Assembly (NCBI RefSeq): GCF_003019035.1
Contig: NZ_CP027447.1
Source: Escherichia coli
GTDB taxonomy: Bacteria > Pseudomonadota > Gammaproteobacteria > Enterobacterales > Enterobacteriaceae
DNA length: 64,000 nt
Reading direction: 5' to 3' (one strand)
A program made the translations under genes and the position numbers. Position 1 is the first letter of the stretch, and each line of letters begins with the position of its first letter. Positions 49,224 to 62,114 of the stretch are shown here, piece by piece. Under the pieces are notes generated by a model, which made no database searches, was not told where the DNA came from, and saw only the letters and a list, made by a program, of their open reading frames with translations.

Positions 49224-50588
49224 ATGTCCACAATTACATTGTTATGCATTGCGTTAACTGGCGTAATCATGCTGTTGCTGCTGGTCATCAAGGCAAAGGT
49301 ACAACCATTCGTTGCTCTGCTCCTCGTCAGCCTGTTAGTCGCACTTGCGGCGGGTATACCGGCGGGCGAAGTGGGTAAAGTGATGATCGCCGGGATGGGC
49401 GGTGTGCTTGGTTCCGTCACTATTATTATTGGTCTGGGCGCTATGCTGGGGCGTATGATCGAACACTCTGGTGGTGCAGAGTCACTGGCTAATTATTTCA
49501 GTCGCAAGTTAGGTGACAAACGAACTATCGCTGCACTGACTCTGGCAGCGTTCTTCCTCGGTATCCCCGTCTTCTTTGATGTCGGCTTTATTATTCTTGC
49601 GCCAATCATTTACGGTTTTGCCAAGGTTGCCAAAATATCGCCACTCAAATTTGGCCTGCCTGTCGCTGGGATCATGCTCACTGTTCATGTGGCGGTACCG
49701 CCGCATCCAGGCCCTGTCGCCGCAGCGGGGTTACTCCACGCAGACATCGGCTGGCTAACCATCATCGGTATTGCGATTTCTATTCCCGTAGGGATTGTTG
49801 GCTACTTTGCAGCGAAAATAATCAATAAGCGCCAATATGCAATGTCGGTGGAAGTACTGGAACAGATGCAACTGGCTCCGACCAGTGAGGAAGGCGCGAC
49901 AAAATTAAGCGATAAAATAAATCCACCGGGCGTCGCGCTGGTCACCTCGCTAATTGTTATTCCTATCGCGATTATCATGGCGGGTACGGTTTCCGCAACA
50001 CTGATGCCGCCTTCGCATCCCCTGCTTGGTACGCTACAGCTGATCGGCTCACCAATGGTAGCTCTAATGATTGCGCTGGTGCTGGCATTCTGGTTATTGG
50101 CTTTACGTCGCGGCTGGAGCTTACAACACACCAGCGACATTATGGGCTCAGCCCTTCCCACCGCGGCGGTAGTGATTTTGGTTACTGGTGCTGGAGGGGT
50201 ATTTGGCAAAGTGCTGGTGGAATCGGGCGTCGGCAAAGCCCTTGCCAACATGCTACAAATGATTGACCTGCCTCTGTTACCAGCCGCATTTATTATTTCA
50301 CTGGCGCTGCGTGCATCGCAGGGGTCAGCAACCGTAGCAATCCTGACAACCGGCGGGTTACTCTCAGAAGCGGTGATGGGATTGAATCCGATTCAGTGCG
50401 TATTGGTGACGCTGGCAGCCTGCTTTGGTGGGCTTGGCGCGTCACATATTAATGACTCAGGGTTCTGGATTGTGACCAAATATCTGGGGTTGTCGGTAGC
50501 AGACGGTCTGAAAACCTGGACAGTGTTAACGACCATTCTCGGTTTTACCGGATTCTTAATTACCTGGTGCGTATGGGCGGTAATTTGA
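49224..50588 (+). CDS. ygbN: GntP-family transporter
   Basis: Polytopic membrane protein; operon order. Confidence 0.85.
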   Translation: MSTITLLCIALTGVIMLLLLVIKAKVQPFVALLLVSLLVALAAGIPAGEVGKVMIAGMGGVLGSVTIIIGLGAMLGRMIEHSGGAESLANYFSRKLGDKRTIAALTLAAFFLGIPVFFDVGFIILAPIIYGFAKVAKISPLKFGLPVAGIMLTVHVAVPPHPGPVAAAGLLHADIGWLTIIGIAISIPVGIVGYFAAKIINKRQYAMSVEVLEQMQLAPTSEEGATKLSDKINPPGVALVTSLIVIPIAIIMAGTVSATLMPPSHPLLGTLQLIGSPMVALMIALVLAFWLLALRRGWSLQHTSDIMGSALPTAAVVILVTGAGGVFGKVLVESGVGKALANMLQMIDLPLLPAAFIISLALRASQGSATVAILTTGGLLSEAVMGLNPIQCVLVTLAACFGGLGASHINDSGFWIVTKYLGLSVADGLKTWTVLTTILGFTGFLITWCVWAVI

Positions 50589-50594
50589 CCTTAA

Positions 50595-50627
50595 TAAAAA
50601 GGTCCGATGGGCATCGGACCTTTTATT
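50595..50627. terminator. bidirectional terminator AAAAA-GGTCCGATG-GGC-CATCGGACC-TTTTATT
   Basis: A-tract, 8-9-bp stem, T-tract between convergent ygbN and ecdD-like gene. Confidence 0.7.
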
Positions 50628-50863
50628 TAGCGCTTACCTTCCGCCAGCAGCGGCGGGATGCTCGGCACCATCGGCGCGTCATCAATATCTTTCTGCGTCA
50701 TGCGGAACGCTTCGGGATAATGTTCGCGGCTGGTGCGGCGCAGCGGTTCGGTATCGCGCCAGGTATAGAGGCAATGCTGGCACTGGTAGACCGTCCAGAC
50801 ATCTTTTACCGGCGATTTCGCCATCACTTCAATCTGTTCATCAGCACAACGTGGACAAATCAT
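50627..50863 (-). CDS. small subunit of UbiD/UbiX-type aromatic acid decarboxylase (EcdD/YclD-like), 78 aa, CxxC...CxxC
   Basis: Two Cys pairs (CPRC, CQHC); position downstream of UbiD-like gene. Confidence 0.7.
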   Translation of the reverse strand: MICPRCADEQIEVMAKSPVKDVWTVYQCQHCLYTWRDTEPLRRTSREHYPEAFRMTQKDIDDAPMVPSIPPLLAEGKR

Positions 50864-50873
50864 CTTGTTCTCC

Positions 50874-52325
50874 TTATTGACGTGCGGCCAGCATAGCGGT
50901 CAGTTTTTCAGCCCAGGCTTTGGTTTCCGGTAAATCCACCACCGGCTGACTGTAGTGACCGCGGTTGTCCGGGGCGACAGGCGTGGTGGCGTCGATAATC
51001 AGCTTGTCGGTGATCCCCGCCGGGCTTGAGCCTGGGTCGAGTTCCAGCACGGACATATTCGGCAACTGCACCAAATCCCCTGCCGGGTTCACTTTCGAGG
51101 AGAGCGCCCACATCACCTGCGGCAGGTTGAACGGATCAACGTCTTCATCGACCATAATCACCATCTTCACATAGCCCAGACCGTGCGGCGTGGTCATCGC
51201 ACGGAGGCCCACCGCGCGGGCAAAGCCACCGTAGCGTTTTTTGGTGGAGATAATCGCCAGCAGGCCGTGGGTGTACATGGCGTTTACCGCCTGCACTTCC
51301 GGGAACTCGGCTTTCAGTTGCTGATACAGCGGCACGCAGGTGGCTGGCCCCATCAGGTAGTCGATTTCCGTCCACGGCATCCCGAGATAGAGCGATTCAA
51401 AAATGGGTTTGCTGCGATAAGAGACGTTATCGATGCGCACCACGGTCATGTTGCGCCCGCCGGAGTAGTGCCCGGTAAACTCACCGAACGGCCCTTCGAT
51501 TTCACGTTTACGGCTTTCGATGACACCTTCGAGGATCACTTCTGAACCCCACGGCACATCAAAACCAGTCAGCGGGGCGGTGGCGATCGGGTACGGGCTT
51601 TCACGCAGCGCGCCTGCCATTTCGTACTCGGACTGATCATATTTCAGCGGCGTGGCCCCCATCAGCGTGATGATCGGATCGTTACCGAGGGTGATCGCAA
51701 TCGGCAGATCTTCACCGCGCTCTTCCGCTTTATGCAGATGCAGGGCGATATCGTGCATCGGCACCGGTTGCAGGCCGAGCTTACGTTTGCCCTTCACTTC
51801 CATGCGGTAGATACCGACGTTCTGCTTGCCGAAGTTATCCGGATCAAGCGGATCGCGGGAAACCACGCACGCTTTGTCGAGATAGAAACCGCCATCGCCA
51901 TCGTTTAAACGAAACAGCGGCAGGATATCGAACAGGTTGATCTCGTCTCCATCGACGGTGTTCTGCGCCCAGGCTGGATTGGCTCGGCGTTCCGGGGCAA
52001 TCGGGAAGTTGTCCCAGCGGCGGATAAACTCATCGATCTGTTTTTTAACCGGGGTATTTGGCGGCAGGCCGAGGGAAATCGCGTGGTTCTGCCAGGAACC
52101 GATGGTGTTCATCGCCACGCGGGCATCGGTAAAGCCGCGAATATTATCAAACCACAGCGCTGGCGCGCCGTCGCCGATACGCCCGGTGGCGTTGGCTGCG
52201 GCTGCCAGATCCGGTTCTGCGTTCACCTCTTCGCTGATTTTCAGCAATTGCCCATGGTCGTCGAGCGCCCTACCAGGCCATCGGCGTAACCGGCACGGAT
52301 ACCGGCGAGCGTTTTCATACTGCAC
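50874..52325 (-). CDS. UbiD-family decarboxylase (EcdC/YclC-like); homology begins ~ALDDHGQ, N-terminal ~20 codons of the ORF derive from out-of-frame upstream sequence
   Basis: UbiD-like sequence through most of the ORF; N-terminus disrupted by the junction near 52270. Confidence 0.7.
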   Translation of the reverse strand: MQYENARRYPCRLRRWPGRALDDHGQLLKISEEVNAEPDLAAAANATGRIGDGAPALWFDNIRGFTDARVAMNTIGSWQNHAISLGLPPNTPVKKQIDEFIRRWDNFPIAPERRANPAWAQNTVDGDEINLFDILPLFRLNDGDGGFYLDKACVVSRDPLDPDNFGKQNVGIYRMEVKGKRKLGLQPVPMHDIALHLHKAEERGEDLPIAITLGNDPIITLMGATPLKYDQSEYEMAGALRESPYPIATAPLTGFDVPWGSEVILEGVIESRKREIEGPFGEFTGHYSGGRNMTVVRIDNVSYRSKPIFESLYLGMPWTEIDYLMGPATCVPLYQQLKAEFPEVQAVNAMYTHGLLAIISTKKRYGGFARAVGLRAMTTPHGLGYVKMVIMVDEDVDPFNLPQVMWALSSKVNPAGDLVQLPNMSVLELDPGSSPAGITDKLIIDATTPVAPDNRGHYSQPVVDLPETKAWAEKLTAMLAARQ

Positions 52326-52579
52326 GGAATAACGATCATGCCGTCGGTACGAAAGGAACCTGAGGAGATGGTCGCCGCCTGATCCGCCGAGTTATGGCTG
52401 AAGTCTGCGAGGGCAGCAACATCGCGAGCGCTGTAAGGCGTTTCCAGTTCAATGGTGGTTTTCGCCCACGTCGACATCACCAGATGAGTCTCGACATTCG
52501 GCATCTCCCGCAGCGCTTGCAGTAATGCCACACCAAGAGGCGCACCGGTAGCCCCTGTCATCCCGACGATCAGTTTCAT
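52241..52579 (-). pseudogene. truncated UbiX-like flavin prenyltransferase (EcdB/Pad1-like): 105 aa of ~190 retained, C-terminal half missing
   Basis: N-terminal UbiX homology up to GYADGLVGR then STTMGNC-stop; no UbiX C-terminal coding sequence in any frame downstream. Confidence 0.65.
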
Positions 52580-52725
52580 TGCTTACTCTCTTAATTGTTC
52601 GTATACGAACGTTATTATTAACATACTCCTTCATTTCCACAGCGGCAAGGATTGAAAAGTAACAACATCTTCTTCGTCACTGAAAAACCGCTATGATAGC
52701 GACAGAGAATTAGCCCGGAGTTTAC

Positions 52726-53133
52726 ATGGCGTTACGAAATAAAGCGTTCCATCAGTTACGACAGCTTTTTCAGCAGCATACGGCCCGCTGGCAGCACGAG
52801 TTACCTGACCTGACCAAACCACAGTACGCGGTGATGCGCGCCATTGCTGATAAGCCTGGTATCGAACAGGTGGCACTGATAGAAGCAGCAGTCAGCACCA
52901 AAGCAACGCTGGCAGAAATGTTGGCAAGAATGGAAAATCGTGGCTTAGTCAGACGTGAACATGACGCCGCTGATAAGCGGCGACGCTTTGTCTGGCTGAC
53001 TGCCGAAGGAGAAAAGGTACTTGCTGCGGCGATACCGATTGGCGACAGTGTGGATGAGGAATTTTTGGGGCGTTTGAGTGGAGAAGAGCAGGAGCTGTTT
53101 ATGCAGCTGGTGCGCAAGATGATGAGCAAATAG
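52726..53133 (+). CDS. MarR/SlyA-family transcriptional regulator, 135 aa
   Basis: MarR-like winged-helix region; divergent from the ecd-like cluster. Confidence 0.7.
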   Translation: MALRNKAFHQLRQLFQQHTARWQHELPDLTKPQYAVMRAIADKPGIEQVALIEAAVSTKATLAEMLARMENRGLVRREHDAADKRRRFVWLTAEGEKVLAAAIPIGDSVDEEFLGRLSGEEQELFMQLVRKMMSK

Positions 53134-53252
53134 GATGTTGATTGCCGGATGGGACGCTGACGTGTCTTATCCAGGCGACAAAACACACCGACTCCCAAAT
53201 AAAAGAAAAAGGCCAGCCTCGCTTGAGACTGGCCTTTCTGACAGATGCTTAC

Positions 53253-54245
53253 TTATTCGCGGAACAGCGCTTCGATATTCAGCCCCTGCGTTTGCAGGAT
53301 TTCGCGCAAACGGCGCAGGCCTTCAACCTGAATCTGGCGAACACGTTCACGGGTGAGGCCAATTTCACGACCTACATCTTCCAGTGTTGCCGCTTCGTAC
53401 CCCAGCAAACCGAATCGACGTGCCAGTACTTCACGCTGTTTGGCGTTCAGCTCGAACAGCCATTTGACGATGCTCTGCTTCATATCGTCATCTTGCGTGG
53501 TATCTTCCGGACCGTTCTCTTTTTCATCGGCCAGGATGTCCAGCAACGCTTTTTCGGAATCACCACCCAGCGGGGTGTCTACCGAGGTAATGCGCTCGTT
53601 AAGACGAAGCATACGGCTGACGTCATCAACTGGCTTATCCAGTTGCTCTGCGATCTCTTCCGCACTTGGTTCATGGTCCAGTTTATGGGACAACTCGCGT
53701 GCGGTTCGCAGGTAAACGTTCAGCTCCTTTACGATGTGAATCGGCAAACGAATAGTACGGGTTTGGTTCATAATCGCCCGTTCGATCGTCTGGCGAATCC
53801 ACCAGGTTGCGTATGTTGAGAAGCGGAAACCACGTTCCGGGTCAAACTTCTCTACCGCGCGGATCAGCCCCAGGTTGCCCTCTTCGATAAGATCCAGCAA
53901 AGCCAGACCACGATTGCCATAACGGCGGGCAATTTTTACCACCAGGCGCAAGTTACTCTCGATCATCCGGCGGCGAGAGGCAACATCTCCACGCAGTGCG
54001 CGACGCGCAAAATAAACTTCTTCTTCGGCCGTTAACAGTGGTGAATAACCAATCTCACCAAGGTAAAGCTGAGTCGCGTCCAGCACACGCTGTGTGGCTC
54101 CCTGCGATAACAGTTCCTCTTCGGCCAAATCGTTATCACTGGGTTCCTCTTCTACTAAGGCCTTTTCGTCAAAAACCTCAACTCCGTTCTCATCAAATTC
54201 CGCATCTTCATTTAAATCATGAACTTTCAGCGTATTCTGACTCAT
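53253..54245 (-). CDS. rpoS: RNA polymerase sigma factor RpoS (sigma-38), full length, Glu at codon 33
   Basis: Recognised sequence starting MSQNTLKV; ORF track extends 12 codons upstream. Confidence 0.95.
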   Translation of the reverse strand: MSQNTLKVHDLNEDAEFDENGVEVFDEKALVEEEPSDNDLAEEELLSQGATQRVLDATQLYLGEIGYSPLLTAEEEVYFARRALRGDVASRRRMIESNLRLVVKIARRYGNRGLALLDLIEEGNLGLIRAVEKFDPERGFRFSTYATWWIRQTIERAIMNQTRTIRLPIHIVKELNVYLRTARELSHKLDHEPSAEEIAEQLDKPVDDVSRMLRLNERITSVDTPLGGDSEKALLDILADEKENGPEDTTQDDDMKQSIVKWLFELNAKQREVLARRFGLLGYEAATLEDVGREIGLTRERVRQIQVEGLRRLREILQTQGLNIEALFRE

Positions 54246-54307
54246 AAGGTGGCTCCTACCCGTGATCCCTTGACGGAACATTCAAGCAAAAGCCTGGTTC
54301 CGCCGAT

Positions 54308-55447
54308 TTATCGCTGCGGCAAATAACGCAGCGGGTTTACGGATTTCCCCTTGTAACGAATTTCAAAATGCAAGCGTGTTGAACTGGTTCCGGTGCTACC
54401 CATGGTTGCTATTTTTTGCCCCGCCTTCACTTCTTGTTGTTCCCGGACCAGCATTGTGTCGTTATGGGCGTAGGCACTCAGGTAATCATCATTATGTTTG
54501 ATGATAATCAGATTACCGTAGCCGCGCAGCGCGTTACCGGCATAAACAACGCGGCCATCTGCAGTCGCGATAATTGCCTGTCCTTTGCTGCCTGCGATAT
54601 CAATCCCCTTGTTGCCCCCCTCAGAAGCGCCAAAGGTTTCGATCACTTTGCCCTCAGTCGGCCAGCGCCAGGTGGAGATAGGCGTACTGGTTGATGTACT
54701 GCTGACAGTCGGCTCGGTTGTGCTTGCTGTTGGTACCGTTACAGGCGCTGTGACCGTGGTCGCAGTTGGCTTGTTGTTCGGCAACATTTTGTTAGCACTC
54801 TGTTCACCCGAAGACTCAGAATACGTAATTGTCGGTTGCGACGCAACAGCAACGGTGGAATTTTGTGCAGGCTTGATCACAACTCCTTGCTCTGCTGCGT
54901 CGGCCTGGGTAATGGCATTTCCGCCAGTGATTGGCGTACCGGAAGCATTCCCCACCTGTAAGGTCTGACCGACGTTCAGCGCGTATGGTGCCTGAATATT
55001 GTTGCGCTGAGCAAGGTCACGGAAATCGTTGCCAGTAATCCAGGCGATATAGAAAAGTGTGTCGCCTTTTTTCACTGTATAGGTACTGCCGCTATAACTG
55101 CCTTTCGGAATGTTCCCATACTGACGGTTATAGACGATGCGTCCGTTTTCCATCTGTACCGGCTGCTGAGCTACTGGCTGCACCGGCTGGATTTGCGGTT
55201 GTTGAGTGGCCTGAATTTGTGGCTGCTGTACCGGCTGAATTTGCGGTTGCTGCGCTGTAGACGTCGTCCCCATTTTCGGCGGCGGCGTAATCAACATACC
55301 AGAATTGGTATTTGCAGGCGCATTGCCATTAACGGAGCTGACCGGGGCCGGTGGATTTGAAGTGTCAGAACAGCCTGCCAGCCATAGCGAAACCAGTGAC
55401 AAAGCCGCAATGCGGCGAACGGTGAATTTTGGGCTTCCCGCGCTCAT
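54308..55447 (-). CDS. nlpD: murein hydrolase activator lipoprotein NlpD (LysM + M23 domain)
   Basis: Lipobox LAGC, Gln/Pro-rich repeats, recognised sequence. Confidence 0.9.
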   Translation of the reverse strand: MSAGSPKFTVRRIAALSLVSLWLAGCSDTSNPPAPVSSVNGNAPANTNSGMLITPPPKMGTTSTAQQPQIQPVQQPQIQATQQPQIQPVQPVAQQPVQMENGRIVYNRQYGNIPKGSYSGSTYTVKKGDTLFYIAWITGNDFRDLAQRNNIQAPYALNVGQTLQVGNASGTPITGGNAITQADAAEQGVVIKPAQNSTVAVASQPTITYSESSGEQSANKMLPNNKPTATTVTAPVTVPTASTTEPTVSSTSTSTPISTWRWPTEGKVIETFGASEGGNKGIDIAGSKGQAIIATADGRVVYAGNALRGYGNLIIIKHNDDYLSAYAHNDTMLVREQQEVKAGQKIATMGSTGTSSTRLHFEIRYKGKSVNPLRYLPQR

Positions 55448-55586
55448 TTATCCCCCAGGAAAAATTGGTTAATAACCAGTGACATAATTACCGTGCAAGG
55501 CACCATACTGAACACTGGAAAAGATGTTCACGATACGCTGACCTGCGGCAAAATAACCAGGAAAAATCCAGGTATTTCCTCACGTT

Positions 55587-56948
<1,362 letters not shown>

Positions 56949-56968
<20 letters not shown>

Positions 56969-57998
56969 AATCACCTGTTGTGTTGATAAGTTCCCTGACA
57001 ACGCTGGTTGCAAAACTACCCGCCGGAAGCCAGAAACGGATTTCTACGGTGACGTCATCCCACCAGTTCCAGCTTAATTGTTGCGGATACAGCAGCATCG
57101 CTCTGCGCGCGGCTTCAACTTTTTCGCGCACCAGTAAGGCTTGTAATTCAGTTTCTGCGGCGACAGCTGCTTGTTCGAATGCCAGCGCTTCACGCTGAGT
57201 TCCCCATTCGCCACTGCCCGGCAATGCGGCGGTTATCATTAGCTCTTTATCGTTGACGCGACACTGTAATTCCGCCAGTTCTTCGGTGGTTGCGACAAAC
57301 CAGCTACCACGTCCGGCTAATTGTAGCGCATCGCCGTCAACAACTTGATTAACGTCTGCTTTTTTGAGGCGCTCAGCAACAATCTGATTAAACAACGCAC
57401 TGCGGGCTGCCGACAACCAAAAACTCCGTTTATTGCGATCGCGCACCGGAGTATTGGTTTGCGCCCAGCGCAGCGCGCCCTGCAAGTTGCTACCGCCAAT
57501 CCCAAAACGTTGGGCACCGAAGTAGTTCGGTACACCTTTTACGCAAATATCGATCAGACGTTGTTCAACGTCATCGCGATTGCTCACTTCGCGTAGTACC
57601 AGGGTAAAGGCGTTACCTTTCAGCGCCCCTAAACGCAGCTTGCGCTTGTGCCGCGCATACTCCAGCACCTGGCAGCCTTCCAGTTGAAAGGCGCTCAGAT
57701 CGGGCATCTCTTTGCCCGGCACGCGAGCGCATAACCACTGTTCCGTAACAGCATGTTTGTCTTTTTGCCCAGCGAAGCTGACTTCACGGGAATGAATTTT
57801 CAGGAATTTCGCCAGTGCATCCGCCACAAAACGGGTATTGCAGCCGTTTTTGAGGATTCTAACCAGAATATGCTCACCTTCACCATCAGGCTCAAAGCCC
57901 AAATCTTCCACCACCACAAAGTCTTCCGGATTGGCTTTCAGCAGCCCGGTGCCTTGCGGTTTACCGTGGAGGTAAGTGAGATTATCAAACTCAATCAT
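56949..57998 (-). CDS. truD: tRNA pseudouridine(13) synthase
   Basis: Recognised sequence and order. Confidence 0.9.
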
Positions 57999-58474
57999 TT
58001 TGTTGCCTTAATGAGTAGCGCCACCGCTTCACAGGCAATCCCTTCCCCACGTCCGGTAAATCCAAGTTTTTCCGTAGTAGTGGCTTTCACGTTAACATCA
58101 TCCATATGGCAGCCGAGATCTTCGGCAATAAACACGCGCATTTGTGGAATGTGCGGCAACATCTTCGGTGCCTGAGCGATGATAGTGACATCGACGTTGC
58201 CAAGGGTATAACCCTTCGCCTGAATACGACGCCAGGCTTCGCGTAGCAGCTCGCGGCTGTCGGCACCTTTAAATGCCGGATCGGTATCCGGGAACAGCTT
58301 GCCGATATCTCCCAGCGCCGCCGCGCCAAGCAATGCATCGGTCAACGCATGGAGCGCCACATCGCCATCAGAATGCGCCAGCAATCCTTTTTCGTAAGGA
58401 ATGCGTACGCCACCAATGATAATTGGGCCTTCACCGCCAAAGGCGTGTACGTCAAAACCGTGTCCAATTCGCAT
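57995..58474 (-). CDS. ispF: 2-C-methyl-D-erythritol 2,4-cyclodiphosphate synthase
   Basis: Recognised sequence. Confidence 0.9.
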
Positions 58475-59184
58475 TATGTATTCTCCTGATGGATGGTTCG
58501 GGTGAGGTAAAACTCGGCCAGTGCCAAATCTTCCGGGCGCGTGACTTTAATGTTATCCGCGCGGCCTTCGACCAACTGCGGATGAAATCCGCAATATTCC
58601 AGCGCCGAGGCTTCGTCGGTAATGGTAGCGCCTTCATTTAGAGCGCGCGTCAGGCAGTCATGTAACAGCTCACGAGGGAAAAATTGCGGCGTCAGCGCGT
58701 GCCATAAGCCGTTGCGATCAACGGTATGAGCAATGGCATTTTTGCCCGGTTCGGCACGTTTCATCGTATCGCGCACTGGTGCGGCGAGGATCCCCCCCGT
58801 GCGGCTGGTTTCGCTCAACGCCAACAGGCGCGCGAGGTCATCCTGATGCAGACAAGGACGAGCGGCGTCATGCACCAATACCCACTGCGCGTCGCCAGCG
58901 GCTTTCAGACCTGCCAGCACGGAATCGGCACGCTCTTCACCACCATCAACAACCGTGATTTGTGGATGATTCGCCAGAGGAAGTTGTGCAAAACGGCTAT
59001 CGCCAGGACTTATGGCAATGACGACATGTTTCACCCGGGGATGCGCCAGCAGCGCATGCACCGAGTGTTCAAGAATGGTTTGATTACCGATTGAGAGATA
59101 TTGCTTAGGACATTCCGTTTGCATTCGACGGCCAAATCCGGCCGCCGGAACCACGGCGCAAACATCCAAATGAGTGGTTGCCAT
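58474..59184 (-). CDS. ispD: 2-C-methyl-D-erythritol 4-phosphate cytidylyltransferase
   Basis: Recognised sequence. Confidence 0.9.
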
Positions 59185-59202
59185 GTTAATTCCTGGGCTG
59201 AT

Positions 59203-59514
59203 TTATCGATTGTTTTGCCCCGCAGACTGTGCGCGCTTCGACGCGTCAGGCACCAGACGATAAAAAGTTTCGCCCGGCCTGGTCATGCTGAGTTCATTAC
59301 GCGCACGCTCTTCGAGCGCCTCCTGGCCGCCATTGAGATCGTCAATTTCGGCAAAAAGTTGATCGTTTCGCGCTTTAAGTTTCGCGTTTGTAGCTTGCTG
59401 TGCCGCCACATCATCATTGACGCGGGTATAGTCATGTATACCGTTCTTACCGAACCACAGCGAATACTGTAGCCAGACCAGAATAGCCAGCAACAGCAGC
59501 GTTAGTTTACCCAT
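59203..59514 (-). CDS. ftsB: cell division protein FtsB
   Basis: Recognised sequence; TM plus coiled coil. Confidence 0.9.
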
Positions 59515-59707
59515 CCTGCCCCCTGAAAAACGGCATCATCATCCCATGCATCCGAAGACGACTCTACATCCTCTGTTGGGGATACCGCGACAACGCGGGC
59601 AAATGTACCACATTTGTCCATTGTTACGTATACCCAGGGCGTGCAGAACATAATCTCATTATTAGTTACGGTTTGAATTATGAACAGAGGAGACAAGAAA
59701 GTACAAA

Positions 59708-60031
59708 TTAGCCCAGTAGCCACATAAACAGTGCGCCAAACATAATGCCTACTGTCACCAGGGTGAAAACAATACTGTAGCGTAGCTTTCCGTCCATCAA
59801 TGAATGCAGCGCAATCCCCACCACTACCGCGACAGGCATCAGTGCCAGAAAGAAAGGCCAGGTGTAGATAAAGAAGAACAGCGTGTTAGAGCCATAAATC
59901 AACATCGGCATCGCCAGCGCAAATAACCATGAGATAAAACCGACCACGGCACCAGGCAGTGACCATGTGGTTTCTTCATCCTCAGTAAGGCTGTCGTTAT
60001 TTGTTAGTGTAATGTTATGGCTATTACGCAT
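59708..60031 (-). CDS. ygbE: inner membrane protein YgbE
   Basis: Hydrophobic small protein; position. Confidence 0.8.
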   Translation of the reverse strand: MRNSHNITLTNNDSLTEDEETTWSLPGAVVGFISWLFALAMPMLIYGSNTLFFFIYTWPFFLALMPVAVVVGIALHSLMDGKLRYSIVFTLVTVGIMFGALFMWLLG

Positions 60032-60080
60032 ATTTGATCCTGTTACTTTGACGAACCGGGCATGGAAACCCGGTGGTGTC

Positions 60081-60686
60081 TCAGGATCTGATAATATCGT
60101 TCTGTCTCAACAGATCTAATAATTGCTGTACCAAATTTGTTACTAATTGTTCACCATTGAGATGAATTTCTGCCGATTCAGGCGCTTCGTAAACGGAATC
60201 TATTCCCGTAAAGTTGCGCAGTTCACCGGCACGCGCTTTCTTATATAAGCCTTTTGGATCGCGGGCTTCGCAAATCGCCAGCGGTGTATCGACAAACACT
60301 TCGATAAAGCGCCCTTCTCCTACGCGTTCGCGAACCATCTGGCGTTCGGCGCGGTGTGGCGAGATAAATGCGGTCAGCACCACCAGTCCGGCTTCAACCA
60401 TCAAATTCGCCACTTCACCGACGCGACGGATATTTTCTTTACGATCGGCATCGCTAAAACCGAGATCGCTGCATAATCCGTGGCGAACATTGTCGCCATC
60501 CAGCAGATACGTACTGACGCCAAGTTTATGTAACGCCTCCTCCAGCGCCCCCGCGACGGTTGATTTACCGGAACCAGAGAGGCCGGTAAACCACAGCACA
60601 ACACCACGATGACCGTGGTGCTGTTCGCGTTGTTGCGGAGTTACTGGGTGGCTATGCCAGACGACGTTTTCGTCATGCAGCGCCAT
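60081..60686 (-). CDS. cysC: adenylylsulfate kinase
   Basis: Recognised sequence; Walker [10 protein letters not shown]. Confidence 0.9.
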   Translation of the reverse strand: MALHDENVVWHSHPVTPQQREQHHGHRGVVLWFTGLSGSGKSTVAGALEEALHKLGVSTYLLDGDNVRHGLCSDLGFSDADRKENIRRVGEVANLMVEAGLVVLTAFISPHRAERQMVRERVGEGRFIEVFVDTPLAICEARDPKGLYKKARAGELRNFTGIDSVYEAPESAEIHLNGEQLVTNLVQQLLDLLRQNDIIRS

Positions 60687-62113
60687 TATTTATCTCCCAG
60701 TAAATCGCGCGCACCCCAATGCGGGAAATGGCGGCGAACCAGGGCATTCAATTCCAGTTCGAATGCACTGAATTGAGATGGCGCAGCAGTTGCCTGGCTA
60801 ACTGGCTCGTGCACCATACCGGCACCTACGGTCACATTGCTCAGGCGATCGATAAAAATCAGCCCACCGGTCACCGGATTTTGCTGATAACGATCTAACA
60901 CCAGTGGCTCGTCAAAAGTGAGATCCACCAGGCCGATGCCGTTCAGCGGCAGGTTTTCAACTTCGCGTTGGGTAAGGTTATTGATATCAACCTGATAACG
61001 AATGCCATCAACACGAGCACGCGTCTTCTTACCGGCAATTTTGATGTCGTAACTCTGGCCCGGGGAAAGCGGCTGTTCCGCCATCCATACCACATCCACC
61101 GACGCGCTCTGCACAGCCGGTAACGCTTCGTCTGCCGCCAGCAGCAGATCGCCACGGCTGATGTCGATTTCATCCGTCAGCACCAGGGTGATCGCTTCTC
61201 CGGCAAAGGCTTCTTCGCGATCACCATCAAAAGTCACGATCCGCGCGACGTTTGATTCCACACCAGAGGGCAGCACTTTTACACGTTGCCCGACTTCCAC
61301 GCGACCGGATGCCAGCGTTCCGGCGTAGCCACGAAAATCGAGATTCGGACGGTTAACGTACTGCACCGGGAAGCGCATTGGCTGAGCATCCACCACTCGC
61401 TGGATCTCCACGGTTTCCAGCACTTCGAGCAGTGTCGGACCGCTGTACCACGGCATACTTTCACTTTGCGAAGCCACGTTGTCGCCTTCCAGTGCGGAGA
61501 GCGGCACAAAGCGGATATCCAGATTACCCGGCAGCTGCCCGGCAAAAGTCAGATAATCTTCACGAATACGGGTGAACGTCTCTTCACTGTAATCCACCAG
61601 ATCCATTTTGTTGATCGCCACGACCAGATGTTTGATCCCCAACAGTGTGGAGATAAAACTGTGACGACGGGTTTGATCGAGCACGCCTTTACGGGCATCG
61701 ATCAGTAAGATCGCCAGTTCACATGTCGATGCGCCAGTCGCCATATTGCGGGTGTACTGCTCGTGCCCCGGGGTGTCGGCGATAATAAATTTACGCTTCT
61801 CGGTAGAGAAATAGCGGTAGGCCACATCAATAGTGATGCCCTGTTCGCGCTCAGCTTGCAGGCCGTCCACCAGCAGTGCCAGATCCAGCTTTTCGCCCTG
61901 GGTGCCGTGACGCTTACTGTCGTTATGCAGCGATGAGAGCTGATCTTCGTAGATTTGGCGGGTATCGTGTAGCAGGCGACCAATCAGGGTACTTTTGCCG
62001 TCATCGACGCTACCACAGGTCAGAAAACGCAGCAGGCTTTTATGTTGTTGCGCAATCATCCAGGCTTCGACGCCGCCTTCATTGGCGATTTGTTGTGCAA
62101 GTGCGGTGTTCAT
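60686..62113 (-). CDS. cysN: sulfate adenylyltransferase subunit 1 (GTPase)
   Basis: Recognised sequence; GTPase motifs. Confidence 0.9.
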   Translation of the reverse strand: MNTALAQQIANEGGVEAWMIAQQHKSLLRFLTCGSVDDGKSTLIGRLLHDTRQIYEDQLSSLHNDSKRHGTQGEKLDLALLVDGLQAEREQGITIDVAYRYFSTEKRKFIIADTPGHEQYTRNMATGASTCELAILLIDARKGVLDQTRRHSFISTLLGIKHLVVAINKMDLVDYSEETFTRIREDYLTFAGQLPGNLDIRFVPLSALEGDNVASQSESMPWYSGPTLLEVLETVEIQRVVDAQPMRFPVQYVNRPNLDFRGYAGTLASGRVEVGQRVKVLPSGVESNVARIVTFDGDREEAFAGEAITLVLTDEIDISRGDLLLAADEALPAVQSASVDVVWMAEQPLSPGQSYDIKIAGKKTRARVDGIRYQVDINNLTQREVENLPLNGIGLVDLTFDEPLVLDRYQQNPVTGGLIFIDRLSNVTVGAGMVHEPVSQATAAPSQFSAFELELNALVRRHFPHWGARDLLGDK

Positions 62114-62114
62114 C

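Noticed and set aside
53142-53819. 225-aa + strand ORF antisense to rpoS
   Set aside because: Overlaps rpoS completely; no independent support.
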